Below are positions 1-11,776 of a DNA stretch of 64,000 bases, one piece after another. The first letter of the stretch is position 1. The number at the start of each line of letters is the position of its first letter. Location of the stretch: assembly GCA_038087875.1 (NCBI GenBank), contig CM075995.1, positions 310,001 to 374,000 of the forward strand. Direction: 5' to 3'. This DNA is from Malacoraja senta (Eukaryota). The notes beneath the pieces are model-generated. The model was not told where the DNA came from. It made no database searches and saw only the letters and a program-made list of their open reading frames with translations. The translations under genes and the position numbers were made by a program.

Positions 1-3000
1 AGAGTTAAGGGATATGGAGAGAAGGCAGGAACGGGGTACTGATTGTGGATGATCAGCCATGATTATATTGAATGGTGGTGCTGGCTCGAAGGGCCAAATG
101 GCCTACTCCTGCACCTATTGTCTATTATGTCGATAAATACCCATTGGCCTCCACAGCCTTCTGTGGCAATGAATTCCACAGATTCACCACCCTCTGATTA
201 AAGAAATTCCTCCTCATCACCTTTCTGAAGGTAGGTCCAATTATTCTGAGACTGAGCCCTCTTGTCCTAGACTCTCCCACTAGTGGAAACATACTCTCCA
301 CATCTACCCTATGCAGGCCTTTCACTCTTCGGTAAGTTTCAATGAGGTTCCCCCATCATCCTAATTTTCTAATCTTCTATCTGAAACCTCCTCAGTTGGG
401 TACTGAAGCTGAGAACTTCCTGGTCTCTGTGGTTCAGTTGCCACCCAAGGCAGCAGTGGAATAACCTGCTGTACATGATCAAAGCATAACTTTATCAAAT
501 GAACGTGATGAAATGAATTTTTGGCTGTACTGCTGAGGAAAGGCTTTCTCCCCCGAATACTGGATGAACATTCAATATAAACAATATGTGCAGGAGTAGG
601 CCATTCAGCCCTTCGAGCCAGCACCGCCATTCAATGTGATCATGGCTGATCATCCCCAATCAGTACCCCGTTCCTGCCTTCTCCCCATATCCCCTGACTC
701 CGCTATCTTTAAGAGCCTTATCTAGATCTCTCGTGAAAGTATCCAGAGAACCGGCCTCTGAGGCAGAGAATTCCACAGACTCACAACTCTCTGTGTGAAA
801 AAGTGTTTCCTCGTATCCGTTCTTAATGGCTTACCCCTTATTCTTAAACTGTGGCCCCTGGTTCTGGACTCCCCCAACATCGGCAACATGTTTCCTGCCT
901 CTAGCGTGTCCAAACCCTTAATAATCTTATATGTTTCAATAAGATCCCATCTCATTCCAGGGAAACTCTTCCCAATTTGCATTCATAGTAGGTTCTCCTC
1001 AGGTTTTCATTCATGTCTATAAGTTCATGATCATCATAGATTCAATAAAACATAATTCCCCCACATCATTCATGAGCGCTACACTATTTGGAGTTTAATC
1101 CAGATCTTCGGAAGGCACAAATTCATTACAAAATTTTGAATACCTGCTTGGTATGTGATCGTGCAGATTAAATGACGCCGGGTTGGCACGGTGGTGCAGC
1201 GGTAGAGTTGCTGCCTTACAGCGCCAGAGACCCGGATTTGATCCTGACTACAGGTGCTGTCTGTACTGAGTTTGTACGTTCTCCCCGTTACCACGTAGGT
1301 GTTCTCTGGGCGCTCCGGTTTCCTCCCACACTCCAAAGATGTACAGGTTTGTTGGTTCATTGGCTTAGGTAAAACTGTAAATTGTCCCTAGTCTGTAGGA
1401 TAGTGCTAGTGTACGGGTTGGCGCAGACACGGTGGGCCGAAGGGCTTGTTTCCTCACTGTATCACTAAAGTGTTAAAACCCAATCTTACCCAAAAAAGAC
1501 AGTCACATGTGTACATCTCAGTAGCTGTTGCCAGGAATCAAGGGCCTGAGCTAATAGGAAGAGTTTGAGCAGGCTAGGAGTATGATCAGCCATGATCACA
1601 TTGAATGGTGATGCTGGCTCAAAGGGCCGAATGGCGTACTCCTGTACCTATTGTCTATTGATTTCATTCTTTATAGTCCAGGAGGATGAGGGGTGATTTA
1701 CCGGTGATCGGTAAGTTTTAATGAGGCCCCCCCCTCCCCCTCATCCTTCTAATGTTCTAATCTTTGATCTGCAAAGCTGCTCAGTTGGGTACTGAAGCTG
1801 AGAACTTCCTGGTCTCTGTGGTTCAGTTCCAAATACTGTTGTGTAGATGCCACCCAAGGCATCAGTGGAATAACCTGCTGTCAAGCATAACTTCATGAGA
1901 TTAACTTTAAAAAAATCGGAGCAGTAACTATTGTAAAACTGTACAGTGGCATTGCATTATTACAAATATTTGCAGCTGAGCCTTCAGTTCACCAACATAA
2001 ACGATTACAAAAGGTTTCACCCGAGGTTTACCAGTTTTTGCAACGGTTAAGAAATGGATGAGTCTCATCACGTGAAAGTTCATTTGCTTTCAAATACCCC
2101 ATGCGGTGGTTTCATGCATTCATGCTTTATCCATGGAACTTATGGTATCAGCAGTTTAATGCTCATTATTGTTGCAAGTAGCAAAGAAGAAGCCCTTCAA
2201 AATGTTAGTAGATGCAGGAATCGAAATACCATCTGTCGTAACTTGATTTGCTATTTTTCAAGTGCAATTAGATTCATGCAATGTTCTAAAGGAAATCAAT
2301 GAGATCTTTTCTTTTTATAAACATGATCAACAAAAATAAAATGTATATTTACATCCTGTCATGTTCCAAATAATTTTGGGGGGTTTTCAACTATTACAAA
2401 TAATATGAAGCCATTTCTTTATCTATACGTCAAAAATCCATCATGATAATATCCATGTGCTGGGCCATTGTTAAGAGAGATGCACTCTTTTGTCAATTTA
2501 ATGAGTACGTGCCACCAATTGCATGGCACAGCTTGCAAAGTTGTGGGGGGTTTTCACACCAATGGTTTGTATTCCCCTAAAGTAGTATTTCGAACCCTGC
2601 TTTTGTACATATAGGTAAAATGGAGATGGATCAAAATCTTTTCATTCCTCGATTTGTCGTCAAAAATAAAATAAATCTTTTTAATGTCACCTCAAACAAA
2701 TATAAAATGGAATGATGCCCATTAATGCAGGTAGTGGAAGCAGATAGGGAGACTGACAAAAATCACCGGGAACCGCACGGAAACCTTGGGTGGGGCGCAA
2801 CGTCTCCGGAAGTTTCTGTTCAGGTTTCCTAAGTGGGACAGGGGCAGCACTGAGACCTATTTATGATGTGTTCGTCACCGAAAGATAGACTAATTTCCAT
2901 AGAACAAAGCCTTTCTTGTCTCCAATTTTATTTCTCCCAATTTACAGTTTTTTATTATTTGCTTGAGTAAATCTAACTTTTATGTTAAGTGTTCAAACCT

Positions 3001-5733
3001 ACTTCATCAATGTTTTATCCAAGGTGGAACATAAGAGACCAGGAATTGTATCTATCATTAATGCAAATCTGCATTCATAATAATTTCTGAATTGAAGCTT
3101 GCATATTGATAAAGTCTTATCAATGCAAGAGTTACAGGGCCCAGTATCATTGGACATGCAATGTTAAAACATTTGCAAATTAATTCGGAGTAAGACTTAC
3201 TGAATGACACAATATGGACATTGTTATTTCAAGGCAATTTTCTTTCAAGGCTTTCAAGAATTAAAAAAATTCTGGTTGATTATACCAGAATTGTTTTAAG
3301 TGACTGGTTTCTTTCTAGAATGTAAGCTCTGCCGTGTATATTACATGTCACCTATGCCATTGAGTATAATATTGACCAGTGGTGGAAATGAATCTGCTTC
3401 CTATGGGACAATATGTCTGTTCATGTATAGCACTGAGACATTGTTGAAGATCTCATGGACATTATTTGTCATGAGGCACGGTGGCGCAGTGGTAGAGTTA
3501 CTGCCTTACAGCGCCAGAGACCCGGGTTCGATCCTGACATGGGGTGCTTGGCTCTACGGAGTTTGTACATTTTCCCCATGATTGTGTGCGTTTTCTCTGA
3601 GATCTTTGGTTTCCTCCAAAGACGTACAGGTTTGTAGGTTAATTTGCTTGGTATAAATGTAAAATTGACCCTAGCGTGTGTAGGGTAGAGTTAATGTGCG
3701 GGGATTGCTGGTCGGTGCGGGCTCGGTGGGCCGAAGGGCCTGTTTCCATGCTGTATCCCTAAACTAAGCTAAATGATCTCAACAAGATCACAGCAGAGGC
3801 TTTTGTTGCTCCTTGTTTCCAATCCAGCAACAAGGGAAATAAATCTGACAAAACCTTTCCCAGATCGTTATCCATTGTTCATTGTCCTTGGAATCAGATG
3901 CTCACTGTTTTATTGACTGGTTTGTGGGACGGGTTAACATTGACAAGTATCACTTTTGTTTTGTTTTATTGTGGCTGGCGCTCATTGGTCTCAATAATAT
4001 GATTGCAACAAACAACTACTTCACAGCGACCAAATCACCTCAAGGGGCTGTTTCATTTTGGTCGAGGGCAGGAAAGGTTTTGAAGGATATGGGCCAAACC
4101 CGGGCATGTGTGACTAGTGTAGATGCAGCATCTTGGCCAGTGTGGGCCAATTGGAGCTCAAGGTCTGTTTCCATGCTCATAAGTTCTATGAGCAGAATTG
4201 GTCCATTCGGCCCATCAACTCCACCATTCAAATCAAGACTGATCTATCTTTCCCTCTCAACCTCTGAGGGGTGTTTCCCCTCTCAATGCTGGATGACTCT
4301 ATGAGAATAAAGGCCCTTCGAAATGTGAATCACTGTCAAGAAAGGAAAATATAAAAGGGAATGGAAGTTTTAATATCGTTTGTGTAAAAAACTGAGTACT
4401 AAATGTGTACAGGCAGGTGATGCATTAATGTGGCACTGATCCCCAATACTCCTGTTGCTTGCCATATTCATCCCTATGACTGATCTGCAGGAATAATATG
4501 ACTGAAAGTTCCCTCCAATTGTTGGCACTGCTCTTTGGATTCCAGCAACTCTCTGACTAACAAATAACACGAGAACTGAAAGGATTCAGTCTCTTGATCC
4601 AAAAAGGTTTACCATGATCAGACTTAGAAAGGAAGTTTCAACCTTCTTGCCTATTTATTATCAGCATTCAATGGAAAAGCAAAATATTATATATATTTAT
4701 TTTCTAAAATGAAATCATATTCTGCATACATGGATTAGAAAGGAAGTTTCAACCTTTTTGCCTATTTATTATTAGCTTTCAAGCAAAATATGATATATAT
4801 TCTAACATCAAACAAAATCCTGCAGACACAAATTTACAAGTCCAGTTAAAATCCTGATCAATTCTTCAAAGTGGGTTGCACATTAAATGTTTGGTTTTCA
4901 CATGCTCCCAAGTAACCTAAAACCTACTCCAGCCTTATGTCTACCTTAACCTAGGACCTGAACTAAAAGCCTCTGGGGGAAAATAAGTCACTTGTCCATT
5001 ACTCTCTGATATTATTACAAATGTTGAAGTGTGAGATGCTTTACTTAATGATCTGATGGATAGATGAATTCCAAAAGATGCCACATAGGACAATGAAACA
5101 GAGGGGGGGGGGGGGGTGGGGGGACTTCAATACCTGACTAGGCTGTCTGGGAGGAAAACAACAAAACGTTGTCAGAGCTTGAAGCAGAGCTCTAAATTAC
5201 CGTAGAAGTGACAAGTTGGCGAACTGCCACAGGCGAACTGGCTGCAAGAAAGCACAGCACAAATTTCTAGTATTTGTGATCACCGTCAAGGTGGAAGTTG
5301 GAATTTTAACCCAATAAGACACAATGCTGTATGGATCCGTGCCAACTTAAATCCCATGCATTTACCTCCGATTTCTGCAGTCAATATGGTCTGAAGTTAG
5401 TCACGCTCCACAAAGATAATTTCCACATTGCATGTATCAACCTTGCAAATTAACATTTCTGATTCTAATAACAAATAATAATAGTCTGATTTTAAATAGT
5501 ATTAAAAAAATGTAATAATGTTAATCTGAGCATGATTAGGAGAATCGTTAATTCCCAGTGCTATGGAACATTTATCTTGGACAATTACAGCTGGACATTA
5601 AGACACAAATGGTATAGAAAGTGCACACAATACATGTTAAAGCTTAATATTTCCATCTCCATTGCCTAAGATGTGAGTCAGTTGCTGGCAGCTGCGCTTC
5701 ATGCCACAAAGCGTATAGTAGCAACAACAATAC

Positions 5734-5766
5734 CTGGTAACTATCCATATCCTCCTCCTCCTCTTT
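5734..5766 (-). CDS. KIF13A: KIF13A 33-nt microexon (KEEEEDMDSYQ)
   Basis: ttttctcctgccag| and |gtattg boundaries; in frame; corresponds to the acidic DMDSYQ segment recalled from mammalian KIF13A/B. Confidence 0.88.
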
Positions 5767-7354
5767 CTGGCAGGAGAAAATAAACTTAGTAAAGACACCT
5801 TCATGGAAACATTTCAAAAAACACCACATTATCACTTCACGTTTCACACGACTTGGAACAAGGCACGCGTCATTTTGTGTTTGATCAAATTTATGCACAC
5901 GTCAAAAATGAACAGACAAAACTGGCACTTGTCCTGGCAAAACATTAATCGAATGGTAGTAATTTGAGACGCAATCTGGATAGCATGTAAGCAAATGAAT
6001 GGAAATGCTTTTCAATAGGGATTAAGTCATATTACATTCTGTTATAACAAAAAACAGCATTCGTTATTCCTGTAACATAAAACTGTCAAGTCAGTTTAGC
6101 GGTCTGCTTTGATTGAGAATCTTAAATGCCAGACATGGAACAGAAGCTAAAGTACCTGCAACCATCAAACTAAAAGGTAAACTCCAATACCCCAAGAGTT
6201 GTCACTTAACTGTTACCCAAAATTAGTATCAATAGACAATACACAATAGGTGCAGGAGTAGGCCATTTGGCCCTTCAAACCAACACCGCCATTCATTGTG
6301 ATCATGGCTGATCATCCCCAATCAGTACCCCCGTTCCTGCCTTCTCCCCATATCCCCTGACTCCACTATTTTTAAGAGCCCTATCTAGCTCTCTCTTGAA
6401 AGCATCCAGAGAACCTGCCTCCACCGCCCTCTGAGGCAAAGAATTCCACAGACTAGCGGAAGTATCATTTATACTTCCATTACTCAGTTATAATGGAACC
6501 AATCCTGCAATTGGAATCACTCTCTAAATTTCTTCCCAGCTGTTATCAGGCAACTGAACCATCCTACCAACAATTAGAGAGCAGTCCTGAGCTACTATCA
6601 ACCTATGTGGAGACCCTCGGACTATCTCTATCTTTGATCGGACTTTACTGGCATTATCTTGCACTAAACATCATTCACGTTATTCCCTTCATCATGTATC
6701 TGTACACTGTGGATGGCACGATTGTAATCATGTATTGTCTTTCCGTTAACTGGTCAGCAGGCAACAAAAGCTTTTCACTGTACCTCGGTACACGCGACAA
6801 TAAACTAAACTCAAACTAAAACTAGAATCCCATACCCCTGGAGTTTCCATTTAATTATTACCCCAAACTGGTATATTTTGCACTTCCATTCGGAGTTATA
6901 ATGAAATTAACTCTGCAAATAGGACTTCACCAGCAAACTGTTTATTCAAACATGGGCCAGATATTTCTTGGAATAAGCCCCTGATATTCAACATGATGCC
7001 AAACATGATGCCACATTAAACTAAGCTCAGTCTGCCTGTACATATCTGTCCAGTCCCTGCACTTCCATGTGCCTCTCCATAAGTTTTTATAAACACCACT
7101 ATCGTATCTGCCTCCACCATCAACCTTAGCAATGCGTTCCAGGCCTCCACCACTTACTGTGCAAAAAACTTGCCTCGCATTTCTCCGTTAAAACCTTCCC
7201 GCTCTCACCTACGCCCTCCAGTGTTGGACATTTCCACCTTGAGGAAAAAGACTCTGACTGTGTACCTTATCTATGCCTCTCGTGATTTTTTTCTACTTCT
7301 ACCAAGTCTCCCCTCAACCTCCGACGTTCCCTTAATTATAAGCGAGTCCCTTAC

Positions 7355-7501
7355 CTGATAACTATCCAATGGTCTCTGTAGTTTGGTGCATCTGGCAGAA
7401 ATGCAACCTATGGAGACGGACAAAATAGCCTCCACCATCAGCGGCAACGTCCCCGAGTGCTGGACCGGTTTAACGATTACCTCAATCCTACGAGATTGCC
7501 C
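7355..7501 (-). CDS. KIF13A: KIF13A exon (GQSRRIEVIVKPVQHSGTLPLMVEAILSVSIGC...LDSYQ), 147 nt
   Basis: Inside ORF 7271-7531; atcag| and |gtaagg boundaries; phase 0/0. Confidence 0.96.
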
Positions 7502-7774
7502 CTGATTATAAACACACACACACACACACACACCTCAAGTTAACTGAGCTCAACAATGTAATAAAAGTATAAAATTAATTCTTACTATCAGAATCAAAAC
7601 TCCACAGAACTCTATGCAGAGGTTTACGAAATAGAACTCTGATAATTCAATGTCATAAATAACTCATGTTTATACCTAACATTTAACGTGGAAAAACATT
7701 CCAGGACTATTACTTCACGAGATGCAATGAAACAAAAATGGATAACAATTAGTTAACATTTTTTGCAGGTACTT

Positions 7775-8535
7775 GGCTCCTTGAAAGTGGAGTCACAGGC
7801 AGATAGGGTGGTCAAAAATGCTTCTTGGCCTTCATCAGTCAGAGTATTGAGAATAGAAGTTGGGAGGTCCTATTGCAGTTATACAAGATGTTGGTGAGGC
7901 CACATTCAGAATATTGTAGGTAGACAAAAATGCTGGAGAAACTCAGCGGGTGGGGCAGCATCTATGGAGCGAAGGAAATAGGCAAAGTTTCGGGCCGAAA
8001 CCCTTCTTCAGAATATTGTGTTAAGTTTTGGGCACCATGTTATAGGAAAGATGTTGTCAAGCTGGACAGGGCGCAGAGCAGGTTTACGAAGATGTTGCCT
8101 GGACAAGGGCCTGAGCTATAGGGAGAGGTTTAGCAGGTTAGGATTCCATTCCTTGGAGTGCAGGTGGATGAGGGGGTGATTTTATAGAGATGTACAAAAT
8201 CATGAGAGGAAAAGATCAGGTAAACGCACAAGAGTTTCTTGCCCAGAGTAGAGGAATCAAGAATGAGAGGACATAGGTTTATGATGAGGGGGGAAGAGAT
8301 TTAAGAGGAATCTGAGGGATACCATTTTTACACAAAGGGTGGTGGGTGTATGGACAATCTGCCAAAGGAGGTAGATGAGGCAGGGACTATAGCAATGTTT
8401 AAGAAGCATTTAGACCGGTACATGGATAGGATAGGTTTAGAGTGGTATGGGCCAAATGCAGGTAGATGCGACTAGTGCAGATTGGACATGTTGGTCGGTG
8501 TAGGCCTGTTTCCACATTGTATGACTATGACTCTA
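7775..8535 (+). mobile_element. CR1/HER1-like LINE of a second subfamily (3' tail shared with the SINEs), interrupted by a Penelope-derived arm
   Basis: LVRPHSEYC..FWAPCYRKDVVKL; ends ggcctgtttccacattgtatgactatgactc. Confidence 0.85.
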
Positions 8536-8815
8536 AACAATCTATTGATCATTATTGTAAAATGTCTGTCATTGGTTTTAGCCACTTGCATTTAGAGTCA
8601 GAGAGTCACAGAGATACAGGCCCTTCAGCCCAACTTGCCCACACTGGCCAACATGCCCCAGCCACACTTGTCCCACCTGCCCATGTTTGGCCCATATCCC
8701 TCCAAACCTGTCCTATCCACGTTCCTGTCTAACTATTAAATGTTGAGATATTCCATGTCTCAACTACCTAAACATGACCATTTCGCATAAATCCTCTCCT
8801 CAATTCGCAAAGTAC

Positions 8816-8948
8816 CTGTCTAATCTGGAAGACGCCGCCAGTGTTGACATCTTTGGCGAGAGACACCTCCACTGCTGTGTATTCTCCCATTTCGTTCAGC
8901 TCCTGCAATGAGATCCCCATCTCAATCCGACGTGTCACCTCACTCCAC
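8816..8948 (-). CDS. KIF13A: KIF13A exon (R-WSEVTRRIEMGISLQELNEMGEY...GGVFQIRQ), 133 nt
   Basis: Inside ORF 8768-8968; aacag| and |gtactt boundaries; phase 2/0. Confidence 0.95.
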
Positions 8949-8996
8949 CTGTTGCAACGGAAAACCAATCACACGGGGTAAGAGATCCAAGTATCT

Positions 8997-9325
8997 CGGT
9001 CACGGTGGCGCAGCGGTGGCACAAGTTGCTGCCTTACAGCGATTGCAGCGCTGGAGACGCGAGTTCGATCCCGACTACGGGCGCTGTCTGTACGGAGTTT
9101 GTATGTTCTCCCCGTGACCTGCGTGGGTTTTCGCCGAGATCTTCGGTTTCCTCCCACACTCCAAAGACGCGCAGGTTTGTAGGTTAATTGGCTTGGTAAA
9201 TGTAAAAATTGACCCTAGCGGGTGTAGGATAGTGTTAATGTGCGGGGATCGCTGGTTGGCGCGGACCCGGTGGGCCGAAGGGCCTGTTTCCGCGCTGTAT
9301 CTCTAAACTAAACTAAACTAAACTA
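8997..9325 (+). mobile_element. tRNA-derived V-SINE (HE1-like), near full length; representative of ~20 copies (e.g. 1183-1470, 3474-3772, 13920-14225, 20885-21180, 22585-22865, 31965-32280, 38908-39312, 47110-47385, 49478-49725)
   Basis: A box tggcgcagcgg, B box gagttcgatcc, central gtttcctcccacactccaaagac core, LINE-shared gggccgaagggcctgtttcc tail and (taaac)n. Confidence 0.9.
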
Positions 9326-9937
9326 TTGCTACATGGCCAACAAAATCTGATAAGACAGAGCTCTTGTCTATTGCAGTCTGAAGAAGGGTCCTGATCCAAA
9401 ATATCGGAGACTTAAGAAGGATCAATGGTTAGTTAAGGTAGACATAAATGCTGGAGTAACTCAGCGGGTCAGGCAGCATCTCTGGAGAAAAACGGATGGG
9501 TGACGTTTTGGGTCAAGACCATTTTTCAGACCTGTTTACCTGACCTGTTCAGTTACTCCAGCATTTTGTGTCTATCTTTGGTATGAACCAGCATCTGCAG
9601 TTCCTTTCTACACTCAATGATTAGTTTAGCTTAGTTTAGTTTAGTTTCGTATCACGTGTAACGAGGTACAGTGAAAAGCTTTTGTTGCGTCTTAACCAGT
9701 CAGCGGAAAGACAATACGTGATTGCAATCGAGCCGTCCACAGTGTACAGATACATGATAAAGGGAATAACAGTTAGTGCAAGATAAAGTCCAGTGAATTC
9801 CATTTAGAGATAGTCCGTGGTCCTCCAATGAGGTAGATAGTAGCTCAGAACCACTCTCTAGTTGTTGGTGGAATGATGGTAGAAGGAGCAATAGGCAAAC
9901 TACGTAAGGGACTTATCCATTGAAGAATAGGTCGGTG

Positions 9938-10137
9938 NNNNNNNNNNNNNNNNNNNNNNNNNNNNNNNNNNNNNNNNNNNNNNNNNNNNNNNNNNNNNNN
10001 NNNNNNNNNNNNNNNNNNNNNNNNNNNNNNNNNNNNNNNNNNNNNNNNNNNNNNNNNNNNNNNNNNNNNNNNNNNNNNNNNNNNNNNNNNNNNNNNNNNN
10101 NNNNNNNNNNNNNNNNNNNNNNNNNNNNNNNNNNNNN
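9938..10137. other. Assembly gap (200 N)
   Basis: Run of N. Confidence 1.
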
Positions 10138-10607
10138 AACACAGAAACAGAGAATGATCCCTGGAATGGTGAACAGGAACACAGAAACGGAGAATGATCC
10201 CAGGAATGGTGAACAGGAACACAGAAACGGAGAATGATCCCAGGAATGGTGAACAGGAACACAGAAACAGAGAATGATCCCAGGAATGGTGAACAGGAAC
10301 ACAGAAACAGAGAATGATCCCAGGAATGGTGAACAGGAACACAGAAACAGAGAATGATCCCTGGAATGGTGAACAGGAACACAGAAACGGAGAATGATCC
10401 CAGGAATGGTGAACAGGAACACAGAAACGGAGAATGATCCCAGGAATGGTGAACAGGAACACAGAAACGGAGAATGATCCCAGGAATGGTGAACAGGAAC
10501 ACAGAAACAGAGAATGATCCCTGGAATGGTGAACAGGAACACAGAAACAGAGAATGATCCCTGGAATGGTGAACAGGAACACAGAAACGGAGAATGATCC
10601 CAGGAAT
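10138..10607 (+). repeat. 40-bp minisatellite, ~11.75 visible units (aacacagaaacRgagaatgatcccWggaatggtgaacagg)
   Basis: Exact 40-nt periodicity with two polymorphic positions; runs into the gap. Confidence 0.97.
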
Positions 10608-11594
10608 GAGTTGGGTTAACGTATGATGAGCGTTTGACAGCACTGGGCCTGTACTCGCTGGAGTTTAGAAGGATGAGGGAGGGGGGACCTTATTGAAACT
10701 TACCGAATAGTGAAAGGCCTGGATAGAGTAGACAATAGACAATAGGTGCAGGAGCAGGCCATTTGACCCTTCGAGCCAGCACAGCCATTCAATGTGATCA
10801 TGGCTGATCATCCCCAATCAGTACCCCCGTTCCTGCCTTCTCCCCATATCGCTTTACTTTGCTATTTTTAAGAGCCCTATCTAGCTCTCTCTTGAAAGCA
10901 TCCAGAGAACCTGCCTCCACCGCCCTCTGAGGCAGAGAATTCCACCGACTCACCACTCTCTGTGAGAAAAAGTGTTTCCTCGTCTCTGTTCTAAATGGCT
11001 TACTCCTTATTCTTAAGTGAGAATCTAGGAAAAGAGGTCATGGCCTCAGAATCCTTTAGGAAGGAGATGGGGAGGAATTTCTTTAGCCAGAGGGTGGTGA
11101 CTCTGTGGAATTCATTGCCACAGAAGGCTGTGGAGGCCAAGTCAAGGGATATTTTTAAGGCAGAGATAGATAGATTCTTGATTAGTACGGGTGTCAGGGG
11201 TTATGGGGAGAAGGCAGGAGAATGGGGTTAGGAGGGAGAGATAGATCAGCCATGATTGAATGGCGGAGTAGACTTGATGGGCCGAATGGCCTAATTCTGC
11301 TCCTATCACTTGTGGTAGGGGGATCGATAACAGGAGGGTGCAAATTTAAGGTGAAAGGAAGTTTAGTTTGGTTTATTGTCACGTGTACCGAGGTACAGTG
11401 AAAAGCTGTTGTTCCGTGCTATCCGGTCAGCGGAAAGACAATACATGATTACAATCGAGCCGTCCACAGTGTATAGATACTCTATACAGGGAATATCATG
11501 AATAACGTTCAGTGCAAGATAAAGTCCAGTAAAGTCCAATCAAAGAGAGTCTGAGGGTCTCGAATAGAGTGTTAAGGAGGGCCTAAAGAGAGGT

Positions 11595-11776
11595 TGACAA
11601 AAATGCTGGAGAAACTCAGCAGGTGAGGCAGCATCTATGGAGCGAAGGAAATAGGCAACGTTTCGGCCCGAAACGTCGCCTATTTCCTTCGCTCCATAGA
11701 TGCTGCCTCACCCGCTGAGTTTCTCCAGCATTTTTGTCTACCTTCGATTTTCCAGCATCTGCAGTTCCTTCTTAAA
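11595..11776. mobile_element. Fold-back Penelope-derived mini-element
   Basis: ~70-bp inverted arms plus family 3' tail; 13-bp TSD cctaaagagaggt at 11582-11594 and 11777-11789. Confidence 0.85.

Noticed and set aside
1..5100. Next KIF13A exon (EEDLNCVRERW...)
   Set aside because: Not found by eye; presumably before the window start.
8997..9075. tRNA gene (A and B boxes)
   Set aside because: It continues into the SINE body and LINE-like tail, and is one of ~20 diverged SINE heads.
10138..10607. Possible CRISPR-like array
   Set aside because: Units are head-to-tail with no unique spacers, there are no cas genes, and the context is a vertebrate intron.
9845..10643. Long overlapping ORFs (209-247 aa) in three minus-strand frames
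   Set aside because: They are artefacts of a stop-free 40-bp tandem repeat plus the N run.
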